A program made the position numbers and the translations under genes. 64,000 bases of DNA from Deltaproteobacteria bacterium (GTDB lineage: Bacteria > Desulfobacterota > Deferrisomatia > Deferrisomatales > BM512): positions 174,677 through 238,676 of the forward strand of contig JAUVAU010000001.1 of the NCBI GenBank assembly GCA_030591565.1, in the 5' to 3' direction. This document shows, piece by piece, positions 27,397 through 37,033 of the stretch (the first letter of the stretch is position 1; every line of letters begins with the position of its first letter). A model generated the notes under the pieces. It saw only the letters and a list, made by a program, of their open reading frames with translations, made no database searches and was not told where the DNA came from.

Positions 27397-28593
27397 CTAA
27401 AGTAGTTGCCATCGGTTTAGCATTTCTTCATTTGGAATTTCAGTTGAGGACTCAATATATTGAACAGGACTGACGTCAATATCATAAAATTTTCCATTAG
27501 ACCTTACATTTGCTTTCCATTTAACGTTGAATTTAATTAATTTAATTTTTGTTGTTGATTCTATTACGCTGGTTAACAGTGTAGGTGGTGATGGAAGATT
27601 CTTAGTGTATTTTTGAGCTACTGTTAAGTCAGTGGCCCAATGATATTCGCGTTCGCCTTCAAGACTAGTAAATCTAGTGGCGTTAATCCACCACGTGGTT
27701 TTAGTGTTTATCCATGTATTATGTTGAGTTACAAGCGATGCAAGGCTGAGCATGCCTGAAGAAGCTGATGCTGAAGGTACTGTTTCGTCAAATGTTAATT
27801 TTTCAGGAAATCTCTCTTCAACCTGCTGAGTTATGTTCTGCTTGTAAAAAATACAGCTATCTTTCTTATTTTGACTAAAGAACTTCTTTTGAGCGCGTGT
27901 TTGAATGGATTTTACAAATTTATTGGTAATTTCCTCTTGAGTTAGTTGTATGTAGGCACCAAAATCCTGTAGTGTTTCAAATACTAGTACATTAGTGTTA
28001 GTTTTTGTTTTATCTTCAACAGCTTCTTTCAAGAGGTAGTCTTTGCAGATAAAAATTATGTTTTTGTTATCATTTAAATTGTCATTAGATATTTTAAGAA
28101 AAGTTTCCATAATTAAGGCGTCACGAAAACCTTTTTCATTATCAGTATTGTCTGGATCAAAAGAAAATGGTTTAATTCTCCAAATAGATTTTTCTATTAA
28201 CTCATTCCAATTAATTGAGCTTACTGGAGTAGGTGCAATTAAACCACCAACACTTTTTAGCCATCTGTCAAGTTTGGAATATATCTGATGTTTTGCCTTG
28301 TCTTTTGAGTGCTTGTTTGTGTAGTTTTTACAGCATATTGCAGTAAGTCTGTCAAGTTCTTGGTCGACTTTTTTAATAATCTTTCCAGCTGATGTAGTTT
28401 GTTGGAAATGGAGTTCTCCTAAAACGACTTCGGGCAATATTAAATACATAGGTATTAGATCGCGATTTGAACTCCAAAAGTCATTAAATTCAGGAGAAAC
28501 AGGGTGTTCTTTGTCGTTACACCAAAGAATACTTGTATCAACTACTATAAGATGTTCCGGAGGTGGTTCACGTCGTATTTGAGTTGACACCAT
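27397..28593 (-). CDS. PIN-like domain protein with an unassigned beta-rich C-terminal half; AT-rich islet
   Basis: 398 aa with an AAGGAAA Shine-Dalgarno sequence. The N-terminal roughly 190 aa has PIN-type acidic positions (LIVVD19TSIL, VVLGELH, FRDALIMETF, IIFICKDY). Composition differs sharply from the neighbours. Confidence 0.6.
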   Translation of the reverse strand: MVSTQIRREPPPEHLIVVDTSILWCNDKEHPVSPEFNDFWSSNRDLIPMYLILPEVVLGELHFQQTTSAGKIIKKVDQELDRLTAICCKNYTNKHSKDKAKHQIYSKLDRWLKSVGGLIAPTPVSSINWNELIEKSIWRIKPFSFDPDNTDNEKGFRDALIMETFLKISNDNLNDNKNIIFICKDYLLKEAVEDKTKTNTNVLVFETLQDFGAYIQLTQEEITNKFVKSIQTRAQKKFFSQNKKDSCIFYKQNITQQVEERFPEKLTFDETVPSASASSGMLSLASLVTQHNTWINTKTTWWINATRFTSLEGEREYHWATDLTVAQKYTKNLPSPPTLLTSVIESTTKIKLIKFNVKWKANVRSNGKFYDIDVSPVQYIESSTEIPNEEMLNRWQLL

Positions 28594-28670
28594 TATTTCC
28601 TTTTAGAGGTGACCCGTGGAAAAACGGGAGGCTTGATTTTGAAAGGCCCTCATCATTGCATTTGAACCAT

Positions 28671-28699
28671 ATTGTCCCTTTACTAGGGGTGCATGTCAA
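28671..28699 (-). promoter_or_regulatory. Sigma70-type promoter candidate for the PIN-like gene
   Basis: On the minus strand: TTGACA (28699-28694), a 17-nt spacer, then GACAAT (28676-28671). It lies about 78 nt upstream of the ATG. Confidence 0.35.
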
Positions 28700-28854
28700 A
28701 GACGGGGAAAAACTTGGAAGGGCACACACGCCTTGGTCCACCTGAATAGAACGACGAACTACGCTAGCGCGAATCGCTATTTCCTGCCTATATGGAGAAA
28801 TTTGGGAGAAAAAGGAAGGGGGTTAGAACGTGAAAACGTTCTAACCCCCTTGAT

Positions 28855-29085
28855 ATGACTGGCGCCAGACTTGGAATTTGGAACAAAGATGGCGGCGGTC
28901 GCCTTTTTCTCGGAACTCCAGACTATAAAAGCTCGGTGGGGCTCTGGTTTGGGGAAGAAGACGGATCGCCCCGGTTCACCATGAAGACTGCTGAAGGAGC
29001 CATGATCCACTTTGAAATAGTGGATGGTGAGCCCTCTCTGCTGCTTCTGGATAAAGAGGGGAATGAGAAGAAAATAACCCCGTAA
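28855..29085 (+). CDS. Hypothetical 76-aa protein
   Basis: The ORF has no Shine-Dalgarno sequence directly upstream. A perfect 13-bp hairpin ends 5 nt before the ATG, and a weak hairpin overlaps the stop. Coding status is uncertain. Confidence 0.3.
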   Translation: MTGARLGIWNKDGGGRLFLGTPDYKSSVGLWFGEEDGSPRFTMKTAEGAMIHFEIVDGEPSLLLLDKEGNEKKITP

Positions 29086-29147
29086 TCCTTTGGGGACACG
29101 GGGTTACTGGGTTTTAATATAGGCAGGCAGAACACTATCTGAAATAG

Positions 29148-29399
29148 CTATAGCACTTCCCCCGTCTCCAGGTAGCCGTCTTCTATCCCCTCTTTCAGTA
29201 GTTCTCGCGCCGCCTCACTGTTGACGTCAGCCACCACCAGCCGCAGCTCGGCCATCAGCCCGCCCACGTGCAGCGGGTAGGGTCTTGAGGTGAGGTCGCG
29301 CACCGTGGTGGGTATCCCGGCTTCTTCCAGGACGCCTTTAGCCGCTTCCAACTCCACCGGGTTGGTGGTGACGAAGACTTCCACTGCGTAGTCGCTCAA
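29148..29399 (-). CDS. Small DUF2007-like protein (putative signal-transducing fold)
   Basis: 83 aa with a TTG start and AAGGA upstream. The pattern VFVTTNPVELEAAKGVLEEAGIP fits this family. Confidence 0.5.
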   Translation of the reverse strand: MSDYAVEVFVTTNPVELEAAKGVLEEAGIPTTVRDLTSRPYPLHVGGLMAELRLVVADVNSEAARELLKEGIEDGYLETGEVL

Positions 29400-29417
29400 C
29401 TATTTTATCCTTTAGCC

Positions 29418-29660
29418 TTAGGAGGCTTTTCGAAAAACTCTCCCGAAGCGGGGAGTAACACTAAACAGGGCTAAACCGGAAATTTTAGCCGATGTTGGGT
29501 AAACCTCCAGTTAAGCCGACGATAAACTGGAAACCCCGAAGATACTTCGAGAGCTAGGAAGGGAAGAAAAATGACCGCAGGCATACTGACAGGTATTTCG
29601 AGGATCATTTTTCGCCCCTGACAACGTCAATCGGAGGATATCCGGGGTTTTTCGGCGAAG
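29418..29660 (+). repeat. Intergenic repeat family, copy R2
   Basis: Near-identical to R3 and R1 over most of its length. It fills the gap between the DUF2007-like gene and argC. Confidence 0.9.
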
Positions 29661-29663
29661 CTT

Positions 29664-30710
29664 TTAGGGATACAACGGGGCAAGGTCGAGGCCTTCGCTC
29701 TGGTCCCACCCCATCATGATGTTCATGTTCTGGATCGCCTGGGTCGATGCTCCCTTGGCGAGGTTGTCTATCGCTGAAAGAATTATCAGCCTGCCGTTCC
29801 GCTCATCCACCCTGACCGCCATTATGCAGCAGTTGGTCCCCCGCACATGGGCCGAGTCGGGGAGCCCGTCACCCTTGGCGACGTTGACGAAGGGGGAGTC
29901 GGCGTAGGCTTTTGCCCATACACTTTCCACCGCTTCCCTCGTGACCGTTGTGGTTGTGTTGGGGGCGGGGGTTGCATATATGGTGGAGAGCATCCCCCTG
30001 CCCATGGGGATCAGGTGGGGGGTGAAGACTACCTGGACGCCGTCGCCCGCCGCCAGGGAGAGCTGCGCTTCGATCTCGGGCGTGTGCCTGTGCGACGCGA
30101 TCTTGTACGCCTTGATCGACTCGTGGGCGTGGCAAAAGTGGGTCGTCTCGTTGGCGTCCCGTCCCGCGCCGGTCACGCCGGACTTGGCGTCGATGATTAG
30201 CCCTTGTGCGTCAATAATCCCCTCTTTTATCAGCGGATAGAGTGGCAACAATGCGCTGGTGGGGTAGCAGCCGGGGTTGGCTACCAGCCGGGCCCCGGCG
30301 ATCTCGTCACCGTAAATTTCCGCCAGTCCGTAAACCGCTTCGGAGAGCAGCTCGGGGCAGGAATGCGGGCCGTAGTGCTCCTCATATGTTTTCACATCCG
30401 CCAGCCTGAAGTCGGCGGAGAGGTCCACGACCTTCTTGCCCGCATCGAGGCAGCTCTTGACCGCCTCCATCGCCGCCTTGTGGGGCAGCGCGGTGAAGAA
30501 GAGGTCGGCCTTCCCCGTGACATCCTCCTCCACATGGTTGACGAATTTGAGGTCGATATGCGCCAGTCCGGGATAGCAGTCGCCAAGCGGCCTGCCCGCC
30601 CACTTGCGTGAGGTGATTACGGTAATTTCAACTTTCGGATGGCCCGAGAGGACCCTCGCCAGCTCTGCTCCCGTGTAGCCGCTTGCCCCGATGATTCCGA
30701 CTTTCAACAT
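29664..30710 (-). CDS. argC: N-acetyl-gamma-glutamyl-phosphate reductase
   Basis: 348 aa with an N-terminal GASGYTG motif and active-site NPGCYPTS. Confidence 0.9.
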   Translation of the reverse strand: MLKVGIIGASGYTGAELARVLSGHPKVEITVITSRKWAGRPLGDCYPGLAHIDLKFVNHVEEDVTGKADLFFTALPHKAAMEAVKSCLDAGKKVVDLSADFRLADVKTYEEHYGPHSCPELLSEAVYGLAEIYGDEIAGARLVANPGCYPTSALLPLYPLIKEGIIDAQGLIIDAKSGVTGAGRDANETTHFCHAHESIKAYKIASHRHTPEIEAQLSLAAGDGVQVVFTPHLIPMGRGMLSTIYATPAPNTTTTVTREAVESVWAKAYADSPFVNVAKGDGLPDSAHVRGTNCCIMAVRVDERNGRLIILSAIDNLAKGASTQAIQNMNIMMGWDQSEGLDLAPLYP

Positions 30711-30871
30711 TGTATTATCGCCTCCAAAAATCTTGACCGAGTCGCTCCCACTTCAATTATTACAACGAGTCGGGGTAAATCTCCATGAAGTTTATCGGTA
30801 AAACTAAAAAGAGCCCCAACAGGGGCTCTCTATAAAAAACCAGACCTCGCCCTCGTGGGCGGCAGTATGGC

Positions 30872-31264
30872 TTAACGCTTGGAGAACTGGCAGCTCTTGC
30901 GCGCCTTGTGGTGTCCGTACTTTTTGCGCTCGACAATGCGGGGGTCACGAGTGAGCAGCCCGGCAGATTTAAGCTGGGGACGCAGGTCGCTCTCCGCCTC
31001 AAGCAGTGCGCGGGTGATACCGTGGCGTATTGCGTCAGCCTGTCCGGTAATTCCGCCGCCTTTGACGTTTACTTTAATATCATAGGTCTCCAACCGCTCG
31101 GTCAGCTTGAGCGGGGAGAGCACTGAGCGCTGATGAAACTCGCGGGGGAAGTACTCCTGGAGGCTATGAGCCTTGTTGATCTCGATTTTTCCTTCGCCCT
31201 TTGAAAGAAAAACGCGGGCGATGGAGCATTTTCTTTTACCGACGGTCTGGATAGTGCTCATCAA
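30872..31264 (-). CDS. rpsI: 30S ribosomal protein S9
   Basis: 130 aa with GGGITGQADAIRHGITRAL and a C-terminal KKYGHHKARK. Confidence 0.95.
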   Translation of the reverse strand: MMSTIQTVGKRKCSIARVFLSKGEGKIEINKAHSLQEYFPREFHQRSVLSPLKLTERLETYDIKVNVKGGGITGQADAIRHGITRALLEAESDLRPQLKSAGLLTRDPRIVERKKYGHHKARKSCQFSKR

Positions 31265-31279
31265 AAACTCCTGGATAAT

Positions 31280-31708
31280 TTAAGCGTCAAGCGGTTTGGG
31301 CTGCTGGGCTTCATGGGGGTGTGTGGCAGCTGCGTAGATCTTGAGCTTCCTGATCATGGCGCGGCCCAGGGGGTTTTTGGGGAGCATCCCCTTCACCGCA
31401 CGTTGCAACACCTCTTCGGGTTTACGATCCAGCATCTCACGGGCGTTGCGTCCACGGATACCGCCCGGATGGCCGGTGTGCCACCAGTACATCTTCTGAT
31501 CCAGCTTGTCGCCGGTCAGGTGAACCTTGTCGGCGTTGAGCACCACCACGAAATCACCGGTATCCACATGGGGGGTGAAGGTGGGCTTGTGTTTGCCGCG
31601 CAGCACGTCGGCTATGCGGGTGGCCAATCGGCCCAGGGTTTTGCCCTGTGCATCCACCACAAACCATTCATGCTCCGCCGTCTGGGGCGTGGCCATATAA
31701 CTCTTCAT
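31280..31708 (-). CDS. rplM: 50S ribosomal protein L13
   Basis: 142 aa with the L13 pattern ([16 protein letters not shown]...). It lies directly upstream of rpsI. Confidence 0.95.
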   Translation of the reverse strand: MKSYMATPQTAEHEWFVVDAQGKTLGRLATRIADVLRGKHKPTFTPHVDTGDFVVVLNADKVHLTGDKLDQKMYWWHTGHPGGIRGRNAREMLDRKPEEVLQRAVKGMLPKNPLGRAMIRKLKIYAAATHPHEAQQPKPLDA

Positions 31709-32040
31709 GGGAAAATTTCCTCGTAACTATTTAAAACACTTATAAAAACGGCAAACCACACCCGCTGTCGCGGCCGCCGTCGTGCGCCGAAAGGAGGACT
31801 TTATAGCGGAATGGGGTGGTTATGGCAAGAGAAAAAAAGCAATAAAACCGCCAAGATTCTAAAAAACACCACCCATTTTCCCCAGCCCCTCCAGTCGCCA
31901 GTCAAAGCCCGACCCCCCAAGGGGGAAGATACTGCACGCACAGGCTCCGTCAACAGACCATTTTATGATGTCTAATCCCCACCGATTTGCTAATATTACC
32001 CCTAATTTACCGGCAACGATGATGAAGGGGCGGATCTCAA

Positions 32041-32817
32041 GTGGTTGAAGCTATTTTACTGGGGCTTGTGCAGGGGCTGACCGAGTTTTTGCCCGTCAGC
32101 TCGTCGGGACACTTGGTGCTGGCCCAGGCTCTTTTGCCCCAATTTGAGCGGACCGAGATCGTCTTCGAGGTCTGCCTGCACGCCGCCACGGTGGGGGCGG
32201 TCGTGGTCTGCTTTCGGCGCGAGCTGATGCGAATGCTCCTGTCGTTAAGGGCCGGCGGCGATAGCAGTGATCGACGTCTGGTCTACGCGGTGGTCGCGGC
32301 CTCGCTCCCCACGGCGGCGATCGGGTTCCTCTTCAGGGACTTTTTTCACTCGCTCTTCCAGTCGCCCGACTCGGCGGCGGCGATGCTCATCGTCACCGGC
32401 GCGCTCCTGTGGCTCTCGGAGACCTTGGCGAAACCAAGCGAAGGAATTGAGCGGATAGGGCTGCCAAGGAGTTTTGTCGTCGGCGTCGTCCAAGGCATCT
32501 CCATCATTCCTGGTATCAGCCGCTCCGGCTCGACCATAGCCGCTGCGATGTTCATGGGGATCAAGCCTGCGGACGCGGCGAAGTTCAGCTTTCTCGCCTC
32601 CGTCCCTGCTGTTTTCGGGGCGATGCTTCTCGAAGCGAGTAGCGCCACCGCTGTGGCAGCCTCACTGTGGCCCAGCTATCTGGCCGGGATGGTCGCGGCA
32701 TTTTTCAGCGGGCTGTGGGCGATCGGTTTTCTTATGAAGGTATTGAAAAAAGGAAAGTTTCGCTGGTTCGCCCTCTATTGCTGGACGGTTGGGCTGGGAT
32801 ACTTATTGCTGGGATGA
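32041..32817 (+). CDS. uppP: Undecaprenyl-diphosphate phosphatase
   Basis: 258 aa with a GTG start and N-terminal GLTEFLPVSSSGHL. Confidence 0.9.
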   Translation: MVEAILLGLVQGLTEFLPVSSSGHLVLAQALLPQFERTEIVFEVCLHAATVGAVVVCFRRELMRMLLSLRAGGDSSDRRLVYAVVAASLPTAAIGFLFRDFFHSLFQSPDSAAAMLIVTGALLWLSETLAKPSEGIERIGLPRSFVVGVVQGISIIPGISRSGSTIAAAMFMGIKPADAAKFSFLASVPAVFGAMLLEASSATAVAASLWPSYLAGMVAAFFSGLWAIGFLMKVLKKGKFRWFALYCWTVGLGYLLLG

Positions 32818-32832
32818 TATAAGACTTAGATC

Positions 32833-35013
32833 ATGGAAAAAGACTTCAAAAAAAGCATAGAGCAATCGCGCCTCAGCCAACGGGTGAAGGCGGAACTCAT
32901 CGGCATAGCGCTGCTTATAGTGGGCATCTTTCTGCTTCTGGCCCTCCTCTCCTATTCCTCCACCGATCCCTCGTTCAATACCGTCGGCGTGGGCAAGGCC
33001 AGAAACCTGGCTGGCGTGGCGGGCTCCTATGTGGCCGACATAGTCATATCCGGTTTCGGCTGGGCGGGGTACATGCTGCCGTTGGCGATCCTTGTCTACG
33101 CGCTTCGCTACATGTTTTTGAGGCCGGTAAAATATCCGGGCTGGGTGGCGCTGGGCTACTCGATGCTGATCTTCTCCAGCGCCGGGATCGGGCACCTGCT
33201 TTACGGCCAGGTGCTTTTTGACAAGGACTACATGCCCGCGGGCGGCGCGGTGGGGTACCTCATCGGCAGCGGCCTCACGGCGCTCTTCAACGAGCCGGGG
33301 TCCTACCTGATACTGTCGGCGATCCTGCTGGGTTCCGTGATGTTCACCGTCAACTTTTCCCTCATCGGCTTTGGCGACAAGCTCAGGATGGCGGTGGTCG
33401 ACTTCTTCATCGGCCTGAGGGAGCGGTGGATTCTGAAAAAGGAGCAGCGGGCCAAGGAGCGCGAGCGAAAGCAGCAGAAGACGACCAAGAGGCCATCACC
33501 ACATGCGCCGCGCATAATCGCCGACGATGGAACGGCCACCAGGCCCAAGCCTGCGCAGCAGGAGACCTTTGAGTTCGCCCGCGAAGTGGATGGCTATCAC
33601 CTGCCCCCCGAGGATGTTTTCGACAAGGGCAGTGGACTAAAAGTCGGCCCCGACGAAGAGAGTCTGTTGATGTCGTCGAAGCTGCTCTTGAAAAAGCTGC
33701 AAGACTTCGGCGTGCAGGGGACGGTGGAGACTGTGAGGCCCGGCCCCGTTGTCACGATGTTCGAGTTCAAGCCCGCCTCGGGTGTGAAGATCAACAAGAT
33801 CGTCAATCTGGCCGATGACCTGGCGCTTGCGCTAAGAGCCCTCTCCATAAGGATCGTCGCGCCCATACCCGGCAAGGATACCGTGGGGGTAGAGATACCC
33901 AACGTCGACCGCGAGATGGTGATGCTGGGCGAGATATTCAACTCAGCCGAATACCGGCGCTCCGAATCCAAGCTCACAATCGCGCTGGGAAAAGATATCG
34001 CCGGCAACCCGGTTGTGGCCGACTTGTCGAAGATGCCCCACCTGCTCATCGCGGGCGCGACCGGCTCGGGTAAATCCGTCGCCGTCCACTCAATTCTTGC
34101 GAGTTTGCTCCAGAGGGCTACGCCCAAGGAGGTCAGGCTCATGATCGTGGACCCCAAGATGCTGGAGTTGTCGGTTTATGACGATATCCCGCATCTGCTG
34201 CTGCCGGTGGTCACCCAGGCCAAGATGGCGGCGGTGGCGCTAAAGTGGGTGGTCTCCGAGATGGAGAGCCGCTACAGGCTGATGGCGGAGGAGGGGGTAC
34301 GAAACATCGGCTCCTACAACCGCAAGGTCGAAAAATACAAGCCCACCGGCGAAGAGGGTGAAACGGTGCCCGAGCATCTCCCCTTTATAGTAGTTGTTAT
34401 CGACGAGCTGGCGGACCTGATGATGGTCGCCTCCAAGGACGTGGAGGAGTCGATCGCCCGGCTGGCGCAGATGGCAAGAGCGGCGGGCATCCATCTTATA
34501 GTCGCGACCCAGCGCCCCTCGGTCGATGTCATCACCGGCATGATAAAGGCCAACTTCCCTGCGCGCATCGCCTTTCAAGTGGCCTCCAAAGTGGACTCGC
34601 GCACCATCCTCGACACCGGCGGGGCCGAGGCCCTGCTTGGCGGAGGCGACATGCTCTTCCTGCCGCCGGGCACCGCCAAGCTCACCAGGGTGCATGGCTC
34701 CTACGTCTCTGAGCGGGACATCGCGAAGATGGTCAAGTTCCTGCGTGCCCAGGGGCGTCCCGACTATGACGAGTCTATTCTGGAAGAGCCCGAGCAGGGT
34801 GAGCTGGGGATGGATGATGAGTTCGACACCTTCTACGACCAGGCGGTGGCGTTTGTCTCCGAGAGCCGCCACGCCTCGGTCTCGATGGTCCAGCGCAGGT
34901 TCAAGATCGGCTACAACCGCGCCGCGAGGATCATCGAGATGATGGAGCGCGAAGGCGTGGTGGGTCCATCCAGGGGGGCCAAGCCCAGGGAGGTCCTTGT
35001 CCGCAAATTATAA
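32833..35013 (+). CDS. ftsK: DNA translocase FtsK
   Basis: 726 aa with N-terminal TM segments, a linker and a motor domain carrying Walker A GATGSGKS, plus a C-terminal gamma-like winged helix. Confidence 0.9.
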   Translation: MEKDFKKSIEQSRLSQRVKAELIGIALLIVGIFLLLALLSYSSTDPSFNTVGVGKARNLAGVAGSYVADIVISGFGWAGYMLPLAILVYALRYMFLRPVKYPGWVALGYSMLIFSSAGIGHLLYGQVLFDKDYMPAGGAVGYLIGSGLTALFNEPGSYLILSAILLGSVMFTVNFSLIGFGDKLRMAVVDFFIGLRERWILKKEQRAKERERKQQKTTKRPSPHAPRIIADDGTATRPKPAQQETFEFAREVDGYHLPPEDVFDKGSGLKVGPDEESLLMSSKLLLKKLQDFGVQGTVETVRPGPVVTMFEFKPASGVKINKIVNLADDLALALRALSIRIVAPIPGKDTVGVEIPNVDREMVMLGEIFNSAEYRRSESKLTIALGKDIAGNPVVADLSKMPHLLIAGATGSGKSVAVHSILASLLQRATPKEVRLMIVDPKMLELSVYDDIPHLLLPVVTQAKMAAVALKWVVSEMESRYRLMAEEGVRNIGSYNRKVEKYKPTGEEGETVPEHLPFIVVVIDELADLMMVASKDVEESIARLAQMARAAGIHLIVATQRPSVDVITGMIKANFPARIAFQVASKVDSRTILDTGGAEALLGGGDMLFLPPGTAKLTRVHGSYVSERDIAKMVKFLRAQGRPDYDESILEEPEQGELGMDDEFDTFYDQAVAFVSESRHASVSMVQRRFKIGYNRAARIIEMMEREGVVGPSRGAKPREVLVRKL

Positions 35014-35036
35014 CCACCGTGACAAGCGAAAATACG

Positions 35037-35702
35037 ATGAACAAACAAATTACCCATACATATCGCGCCCTGGTGGCGCTATCGGTTTTTTTGGCTTTTG
35101 CCCAGGTAACGCTGGCCGATGATGGGGGTGCGCGGCTGGCTGGCGAGCTGCGCCAATCCATGGAGGGGGTCACCGATCTCAGCGCGAATTTTGTACAGAC
35201 CACCTTCATGGAGTCGGTGGAGCTGGAGCGCGTCACCGGGGGCAAGGTCGCCTTCAAGCGGGGCGGCAGGATGCGTTGGAGCTACGAAGGGAACGACCCG
35301 CAGCTGCTGGTCAGCGACGGCGAGATATTCTGGGTCCATCAGATACGCGACCGCATCGCCATCCGCCAGGATATAGGTGACCTGACCCCTTCGGCGCGGG
35401 TTGCGCTAGACTTGCTGGGAGGGTTCTCCGGCGCGGAAAGACACTTCAGCCTCACCGCCTGCGGGCGACACTGCCTTGAGCTGGTCCCGCTGGTCGAAGA
35501 TCCCAATCTGAAAAAGGTGAGGGTGGAGCTGGGTTCGACCCCGCTGCTGCCGGTGAAGGTGGTCACCGAAGATCCGGTGGGCAACATCACGACGATTGAG
35601 CTCTCCCACATCGAGGTGAACACCGGCCTGGGTGACGATATCTTTGAGTTCGCCCTGCCCGAAGGCGTTGACCTCTTCGATTCGGAGGGACGGCCATGGT
35701 AA
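35037..35702 (+). CDS. lolA: Outer-membrane lipoprotein carrier protein LolA
   Basis: The start was taken at MNKQITH, which gives a signal peptide. It has a LolA-like pattern. The ORF track offers an earlier GTG at 35019. Confidence 0.75.
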   Translation: MNKQITHTYRALVALSVFLAFAQVTLADDGGARLAGELRQSMEGVTDLSANFVQTTFMESVELERVTGGKVAFKRGGRMRWSYEGNDPQLLVSDGEIFWVHQIRDRIAIRQDIGDLTPSARVALDLLGGFSGAERHFSLTACGRHCLELVPLVEDPNLKKVRVELGSTPLLPVKVVTEDPVGNITTIELSHIEVNTGLGDDIFEFALPEGVDLFDSEGRPW

Positions 35703-37006
35703 AAAAGGTGGGCATGGTCAGCCTTGGCTGCGCCAAGAACAGGGTCGATGCGGAAAAGATACTGGGCGGCGTGGTTGCCAGGGGTTTTGAACTCGTGGAA
35801 GACCTCGCCGACGCCGAAGTGCTTATAGTGAACACCTGCGGCTTCATCCGCGAAGCGGTGGAGGAGTCGATTGAGGAAATTCTTGCGGCCACCCGTCTCA
35901 AGGATGAGGGCAACCTGAAGGTCCTGGCGGTGTCGGGCTGCCTCTACAAGCGCTATCCCGAGATGAAGGGGGAGCTTCCCGAGGTTGACCATTTTTTCAC
36001 TCCAGAGGAGATCGCCCTGATCCCCCAGGTTATCTCCGGGACCAATATACCCACCGCCCCCGCGCCTGCGCCATCGCGCATCCTCACCGCGCCGCCACAT
36101 TCGGCCTATCTGAAAATTGCCGAGGGGTGCTCCAACCACTGTAAATACTGCACCATACCCGCCATACGCGGCCCCTTTCATTCCTTTGACAAGGGTGCGC
36201 TGGTTAATGAGGCCCGTGAGCTGGCCGGGATGGGGACGGTGGAGTTGAACCTGGTGGCCCAGGATGTGACCGCCTTTGGTTCCGATCTGGGTGAGGCCGA
36301 CGGCTTTGGGGAGCTGGTCGGTGATCTTGGCCGCATCGACGGAATCAAGTGGATACGCTTGCTCTACTCCTATCCGGGGAGGCTGGGGACCGATCTGGTG
36401 CAACTGATGGAGCAAAACCCCAAGGTGGTGCCCTATCTGGACGCGCCCATTCAGCACGCCCATCCGCGCATACTTGAAGCGATGGGGAGAAAGGGCGGCC
36501 CCGATGAGCTGCTCGCTTACTTCGAGCGGTTGCAGCGCGGTGTCGAGGGGCTGGTGCTGCGCACCACCGCCATCGTTGGATTTCCCGGCGAGACTGAAGA
36601 AGAGTTTGAGGCGCTATTGGAGTTCGTACGCAAGGTGAGGTTCCATCACCTCGGCGCGTTCGTCTACTCCCCGGAGGAGGGGACAGCGGCGGCGAAGCTG
36701 ACCGACCGGGTGGAGGAGGAGATCGCCTGGGAGCGCCACGAAAGGTTGATGCAACTCCAGGCGGAGATAAGCGAGGAGCGCAATCGGGAGTTTGTTGGAA
36801 CCGAGATCGACGTGCTTGTCGAGGGAATAGATGAGGAGGGCGAGGTGGTTGGCCGCACCTACGGGCAGGCCCCGGAGGTGGATGGCTTCACCCGCTTGAA
36901 GGATTATGGTGACGGGATCGTTGAGGTGGGCGCGTTTGTCAAAGCGCGGGTCGTCGAAGCGTTGACCTATGACCTGGTTGCGGAAGTGACCCAACAAGAA
37001 GGCTAA
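35696..37006 (+). CDS. rimO: Ribosomal protein S12 methylthiotransferase
   Basis: 436 aa with an N-terminal MTTase Cys triad, the radical-SAM motif CSNHCKYC and a TRAM-like C-terminus. Confidence 0.85.
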   Translation: MVKKVGMVSLGCAKNRVDAEKILGGVVARGFELVEDLADAEVLIVNTCGFIREAVEESIEEILAATRLKDEGNLKVLAVSGCLYKRYPEMKGELPEVDHFFTPEEIALIPQVISGTNIPTAPAPAPSRILTAPPHSAYLKIAEGCSNHCKYCTIPAIRGPFHSFDKGALVNEARELAGMGTVELNLVAQDVTAFGSDLGEADGFGELVGDLGRIDGIKWIRLLYSYPGRLGTDLVQLMEQNPKVVPYLDAPIQHAHPRILEAMGRKGGPDELLAYFERLQRGVEGLVLRTTAIVGFPGETEEEFEALLEFVRKVRFHHLGAFVYSPEEGTAAAKLTDRVEEEIAWERHERLMQLQAEISEERNREFVGTEIDVLVEGIDEEGEVVGRTYGQAPEVDGFTRLKDYGDGIVEVGAFVKARVVEALTYDLVAEVTQQEG

Positions 37007-37033
37007 TACGAAGGCCAACAAGAGAGTCTGACA

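Noticed and set aside
29541-29620. Conserved mini-ORF inside the intergenic repeat family (ATGACCGCAGGCATACTGACAGGTATTTCGAGGATCATTTTTCGCCCCTGA = MTAGILTGISRIIFRP, preceded by GGAAGGGAAG).
   Set aside because: Conservation is at the nucleotide level. In R4 and R5 the substitutions change several residues and the C-terminus (MAADIPISISRIIFRP, ...IFLG), with no sign of purifying selection. It is more likely part of a structured or mobile DNA/RNA element.
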